This document shows, piece after piece, positions 44,304 to 47,931 of a DNA stretch of 47,931 bases; positions within the stretch are counted from its first letter, which is position 1; the number at the start of each line of letters is the position of its first letter. Position numbers and translations under genes: made by a program. Origin of the DNA: Candidatus Jacksonbacteria bacterium RIFOXYB2_FULL_44_15 (lineage in GTDB: Bacteria > Patescibacteriota > Patescibacteriia > UBA9629); NCBI GenBank assembly GCA_001818235.1, contig MHJY01000025.1, forward strand, positions 1 to 47,931, in the 5' to 3' direction. The notes beneath the pieces are model-generated. The model saw only the letters and a list, made by a program, of their open reading frames with translations, had not been told where the DNA came from and made no database searches.

Positions 44304-44567
44304 TTATTTTAAAAAAAAATCAATCGATTTTTTGTAAATCTTGGCTAATTCTTTAAGCGCAACAACGTCAATCCGCCTCTGTCCGGCTTCAACTTTTGAG
44401 ACATGCGATTGCGTCTTACCGAGCAGTTTTGCTACTTCCACCTGATCTAACCGCGCCTCTTGGCGAGCTTTTTTCAACTGCTCAACGATGTATATATGGT
44501 CTTCGGAGTAAATCGCTTTGGTCATATTGGTATATATATGATAATATTCCATTGTGTTATATTCCAA
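44304..44567 (-). CDS. XRE-family HTH controller (C) protein
   Basis: HTH LDQVEVAKLLGKTQSHVSKVEAGQRR. The stop lies 1 nt before the REase ATG. The start is ambiguous (TTG 44567, ATG 44552 or ATG 44525). Confidence 0.72.
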   Translation of the reverse strand: MEYNTMEYYHIYTNMTKAIYSEDHIYIVEQLKKARQEARLDQVEVAKLLGKTQSHVSKVEAGQRRIDVVALKELAKIYKKSIDFFLK

Positions 44568-44637
44568 ATTGGCATATAATATTTTTGGAAGTTACGCAAA
44601 CTTGCGCGAATGCTTAGAGGACACCCACCTCGCCAAA

Positions 44638-44659
44638 ACAAAAACCCGCCTGATTGGCG
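44638..44659. repeat. 22-bp direct repeat, right copy
   Basis: acaaaaacccgcctgattggcg. Here it is followed by aatttg rather than the gggttt that completes the hairpin at the left copy. Confidence 0.95.
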
Positions 44660-44693
44660 AATTTGATAATATTATACAATTTTTTGACTTTTT

Positions 44694-45182
44694 TTATTTG
44701 TCTTTTGGTTGATCCAATTGTGCCAGTTCAGATTCTGTTATGCCCTTCCATTCTGGTGTATAAGAGACTTTAGGACTAATTTTAGTAGAACTAATTAATT
44801 CCTGCATATCGTATGATGGTACACTTCCATTTAATTTCGCGCTAATAAGTTCAACTACCTCCCTAGGAAATTTATCTCCAATAGCACCCGAATCACCACT
44901 TAATGTTCTTGTTTTAGGATCATACCTTAAAAAATAAGTGTAACCAGATTTTTCTTCCTCCTTGCCTTCTTCGCGAATCACACGAGAAAAACATACTTTG
45001 AAATCTGGAGGGTAATTGTGGGTTTCGTCTTTCCGGCCTTGATAACTGACACCTTTTAGGAAGCCATATTCAGGTGGAAGATCTTTAAGTAAATTAGTAA
45101 GATAGGTCTCTACTTTTTTAGCTTTCTCGGGAGTCCATTCTTCTCCTGCCTCTATATTATTAGGTTGTTCAAAATTTCTCAT
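44694..45182 (-). CDS. hypothetical protein
   Basis: 162-aa AT-rich ORF between the R-M cassette and tRNA-Ala. No motif recognised. Confidence 0.5.
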   Translation of the reverse strand: MRNFEQPNNIEAGEEWTPEKAKKVETYLTNLLKDLPPEYGFLKGVSYQGRKDETHNYPPDFKVCFSRVIREEGKEEEKSGYTYFLRYDPKTRTLSGDSGAIGDKFPREVVELISAKLNGSVPSYDMQELISSTKISPKVSYTPEWKGITESELAQLDQPKDK

Positions 45183-45282
45183 AAAATTTTAATAATTTAC
45201 GCTTAATAGCAAATTTAGTATATTAATGACATTAATCGACCTTTGTAAATGGCAAATTTTGTCTTTATTAATATTCAAGGTC

Positions 45283-45391
45283 ATTCGCAGTTAAGGTGCC
45301 TGCACTGCGTAACCCTGCCTCGTCGGTAGGCAGACTTGGCGAATGGTGCTTGCACTGCGTAGCTCCGAGGTGAAACCGAGGAGCGAAGCAG
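45283..45391. repeat. GC-rich mosaic element abutting the tRNA-Ala 3' end
   Basis: Direct repeats ggtgcctgcactgcgtaac (45295-45313) and ggtgcttgcactgcgtagc (45345-45363). Hairpin ctgcct-cgtcggt-aggcag (45315-45333). It ends gagcgaagca next to the tRNA. Confidence 0.6.
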
Positions 45392-45465
45392 TGGACCTAG
45401 GCGGGCTCGAACCGCCGACCTCATGCATGCCATGCATGCGCTCTAGCCAACTGAGCTATAGGCCC
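45392..45465 (-). tRNA. tRNA-Ala (anticodon GGC), CCA not encoded
   Basis: Acceptor GGGCCTA/TAGGTCC with the G3:U70 Ala identity pair, anticodon stem CATGC/GCATG, loop ATGGCAT, T-arm GGCGG-TTCGAGC-CCGCC. Confidence 0.88.
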
Positions 45466-45660
45466 CTGGTAAATAATGTTATCAATAAAAGCAGAGTTAA
45501 AATAACTAATCGTGACCACCCTAACTGCTCGCCCCGTACCAGGCGATTACTAGCGACTTGGTTCGGGGAGCTATAGGCCCATAATAAATTATTTTATTCC
45601 GACGATTTAATCATTAGAATAACACAAGCACGAATCTTAGGCAAGCTCTTTGACACGTAA

Positions 45661-45825
45661 CTACTCACTGGCCATTGTCATTGCGAGCCGAAGCCTTAAG
45701 GGCTGAGGCGTGGCAATCCCGAATTATGAGACAATTCAAACTTTGAGATTGCCACGTCGTGCGTCTATTAATAATTATGATGCACTCCTCGCAATGACAG
45801 TAGTATGTTATGGTCAGTGAGGAGT
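45661..45825. repeat. 165-nt GC-rich nested-palindrome element (TGTCATTGCGAG ... CTCGCAATGACA type)
   Basis: Perfect 12-bp arms tgtcattgcgag (45676-45687) and ctcgcaatgaca (45788-45799). Inner perfect 10-bp cgtggcaatc/gattgccacg (45709-45718/45747-45756). Outer ctactcactggccat / atggtcagtgaggag. Confidence 0.8.
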
Positions 45826-45866
45826 TACCTTTGACACCGCAAACAACTTATGATAATAATTAATGC

Positions 45867-46544
45867 ATGAAAGTAATTATTTTAGCCGGCGGAAAAGCGA
45901 CTCGCCTGCCCAAACAACATCAAGATAAACCAAAGATACTTTTGGAAATCGGCGGCCAAACAATTTTGGAACATCAAATCAATTTGTTTGAGCGCCATGG
46001 TTTTCCGGACATCCGTTTATCCTTGGGCGACAAAGCCTCAGCTGTGATTGATTTTTTGGATAACGATCTCGGCGGCCGCTATGAATACGTTTTGGAACCA
46101 GAACCTCTGGACACCGGCGGCGCCATCAAATTTGCCAGCCGCGACCTGAAAGAACCGTTTATGGTGGCTAACGGAGATATTATTTCGAATGTTGATTTAA
46201 ACTCCTTTGCCGCCTCACACCAACGCGGCACTGCCTCGCTGGTAATTGCCTACCACGAAAAGAATACTGACTTCGGCCTGCTAGCACTTGACGAGGCAAA
46301 AAAAATCAAGAATTTTTTGGAAAAACCGGACGAACCGACCAATGGCCACGTAAACGTCGGTTTTTATATTTTAGAACCTCATTTTTTTAATGATACGCCG
46401 ATTGGCAAATTTTCCATTGAGTACGAAATATTCCCTCGCCTCGCGCAATCCGATCGGCTTTATGGATTTTTACACGATGGCTATTGGCACGACTTGGGCA
46501 CCGAACGCCGGCTGACTTACGTTCGCTCGCTGTTTGAGGACTAA
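45867..46544 (+). CDS. sugar-1-phosphate nucleotidyltransferase
   Basis: MKVIILAGGKATRL N-terminus and NTP_transferase fold motifs (EPEPLDTGGA, NGD). Confidence 0.88.
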   Translation: MKVIILAGGKATRLPKQHQDKPKILLEIGGQTILEHQINLFERHGFPDIRLSLGDKASAVIDFLDNDLGGRYEYVLEPEPLDTGGAIKFASRDLKEPFMVANGDIISNVDLNSFAASHQRGTASLVIAYHEKNTDFGLLALDEAKKIKNFLEKPDEPTNGHVNVGFYILEPHFFNDTPIGKFSIEYEIFPRLAQSDRLYGFLHDGYWHDLGTERRLTYVRSLFED

Positions 46545-46633
46545 AAAAATGAAAAACTGAAAACGAAAAATGAAAAACCAAAATCTAAAATTAAAAATTC
46601 TTAATTTTTACTTTTTTTTTAGTTTTAAGTTCG

Positions 46634-47836
46634 CTACTCAATCCAACCGAGTTCCTTGATGCGCAAATAAGCACCCTCATACGCAGCTAAGCCACCCATT
46701 AAATTTTGCGGCGGATGGTAAAACCGTTTGTTTGGCGGACGGCGCGTTTCTGGATCAAAAATTTCGTAGGCGCCGCCAGCTTCGTTAAACATTTGCGCCA
46801 TATTGGCCAGATCCGCCACTGCTTCTTCTTTATATTGCCCGCGCACTGCCTCGTCCGGATGCGACGTGGCAATTTTTATTTTTACCTCTATATTCTGGCA
46901 AGTTACCCAGGGCCAAACATATTCATTATGATAGCCCGGTAAATTAATTAACTTGTGCGGCCACATGATCTGTTCTGAGGGATATGGCGGGTCAAAATTT
47001 TTTAAGCCGGAATTAGTCATCAGCCGTTGCTTTAAAGTTTCCTCGACTTTGACCGCTTCCGTTGGCTCCAATAAATACAGCGCCCCAAACACCGAGGCCG
47101 CGGCGTCGATCCGATCCTCCCCAGCTGAGGCGCGAAAATAACCTTCTTCCTGATTATATAATTTTTCGATAATACTTTTTTTTACTGTTTCAAACTGCCC
47201 GCGATATTGCGCCGCATCTTCTTTAAACCCCAGCTCCTGCGCCATAAAACTTAGGAGCCGGAGCGACCGCGCCCACCAAATATTGATCGTACCAATTTTA
47301 CCGCCGCGAATAATACTGTCTGCCCAGTCTGGATTCTTAGCCCTAACCTCAATTAACCCATCTTCTTGATCTGCCCGCTGTCCAAAAAATTCCGCGGCTT
47401 TTTTTATTTTCTCGTAATTTTCCTGCCCAAAATTCTGACCCTCTTGGGACGTTAAAAAAAATTCTCCGGCAGAAATTAATGCCGCCGGAATAGTATCTTC
47501 GGAACTGGAAAAATCCTGGCCTTCGTAGACTGGCCGTTCCTTTCGCCTTCTGATCCATTCTTCAATCACTACAAATGCCGGCCGAGCCAGCGAGCGCAAT
47601 CCGGGAAAAAGTTTAACCAACATATACTCCTGCTCTACCCGAAATGGCAATGCACCATCCGCGCGTTGATGACTAAAAACTGTTTCCAAAGAATCCTTAA
47701 CTGCCTGCGGATTTGCCCGGTCAAAATAACTGCCCGACCCTTGGGACAAATCGCGAGTCCAAACTTGCTTGTAAAAATTATCTTTTGGATTTGCCGAAGG
47801 CATGATGCCCAGGCCAGGCAGATAATTTTGCCGCAA
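46634..47836 (-). CDS. (alpha/alpha)6-barrel glycoside hydrolase (amylo-alpha-1,6-glucosidase / GH100-like)
   Basis: VWTRDLSQG..., HQRADGALP and YVWPWV patterns are typical of six-hairpin glycosidases. The family assignment is tentative. Confidence 0.6.
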   Translation of the reverse strand: MRQNYLPGLGIMPSANPKDNFYKQVWTRDLSQGSGSYFDRANPQAVKDSLETVFSHQRADGALPFRVEQEYMLVKLFPGLRSLARPAFVVIEEWIRRRKERPVYEGQDFSSSEDTIPAALISAGEFFLTSQEGQNFGQENYEKIKKAAEFFGQRADQEDGLIEVRAKNPDWADSIIRGGKIGTINIWWARSLRLLSFMAQELGFKEDAAQYRGQFETVKKSIIEKLYNQEEGYFRASAGEDRIDAAASVFGALYLLEPTEAVKVEETLKQRLMTNSGLKNFDPPYPSEQIMWPHKLINLPGYHNEYVWPWVTCQNIEVKIKIATSHPDEAVRGQYKEEAVADLANMAQMFNEAGGAYEIFDPETRRPPNKRFYHPPQNLMGGLAAYEGAYLRIKELGWIE

Positions 47837-47931
47837 ATTTTTCTCGGCGTCGTTCGCGGCTTGGCTGATTGCAATTTTTTGACCCTCATTAACAGGGACC
47901 TGACCAGGATTGACGTTTTTAGGATAGCGCC

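Larger units (their letters stand above)
41646..44637. mobile_element. ~3-kb type II restriction-modification cassette bounded by 22-bp direct repeats
   Basis: Three genes (LexA-MTase, REase, C protein) lie exactly between the two repeat copies. No integrase or transposase gene is inside. Confidence 0.55.

Noticed and set aside
45520-45560. 16S-rRNA-like 13-15-mer (minus strand AAGTCGCTAGTAATCGC, resembling the conserved ...AAGTCGGAATCGCTAGTAATCG... region) upstream of tRNA-Ala
   Set aside because: The match is very short and lacks the flanking conserved 16S sequence. It may be a coincidence or a tiny relic, and it is not enough to call an rRNA fragment.
45343-45576. 77-aa plus-strand ORF
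   Set aside because: It overlaps tRNA-Ala and the GC-rich repeat, so it is spurious.

Overview
This 47.9-kb window is mostly compact housekeeping genes. By inference from gene content and style it comes from a small-genome, CPR/Patescibacteria-like bacterium. Supporting signs are a fused TktA/TktB-type transketolase, a bacterial Elp3, a membrane-anchored family-5 solute-binding protein, a dispersed rpsP/KH/trmD/rplS cluster, and odd AT-rich and GC-rich intergenic repeats. Recognisable genes include elp3, glyA, trmD, tkt, rplS, gmk, an RluA-type pseudouridine synthase, gdh, trxA, secG, RNase J, trpS, a GDPD, a PEBP, PMM/PGM, lspA, rpsP, ychF, rpsD and two tandem pgk-like genes. There are four tRNAs: Val-TAC, Leu-GAG, Leu-CAG and Ala-GGC. 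Two accessory regions stand out, and each lies on the 3' side of a minus-strand tRNA. (1) 41.6-44.7 kb is a ~3-kb restriction-modification cassette bounded by perfect 22-bp direct repeats at a terminator hairpin. It encodes an MvaI/BcnI-like endonuclease, an XRE-type controller protein and a methyltransferase. The methyltransferase is translationally fused to a complete, apparently cleavage-competent LexA repressor, and I rate this the most novel object in the window. (2) 11.4-15.2 kb is an AT-rich island next to tRNA-Leu. It carries a decayed DNA-methylase fragment, an overlapping PD-(D/E)xK-nuclease-like plus SDH/ClpP-fold serine protease gene pair, and a tight operon of three tiny genes. 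Other points of interest are a Trm9-like methyltransferase fused to LspA (together with Elp3), complementary motif decay in the two PGK paralogues, families of structured GC-rich elements (one apparently in frame inside tkt), and long AT-rich inverted repeats in intergenic spacers. All calls come from reading the sequence and the ORF translations; no searches were run.
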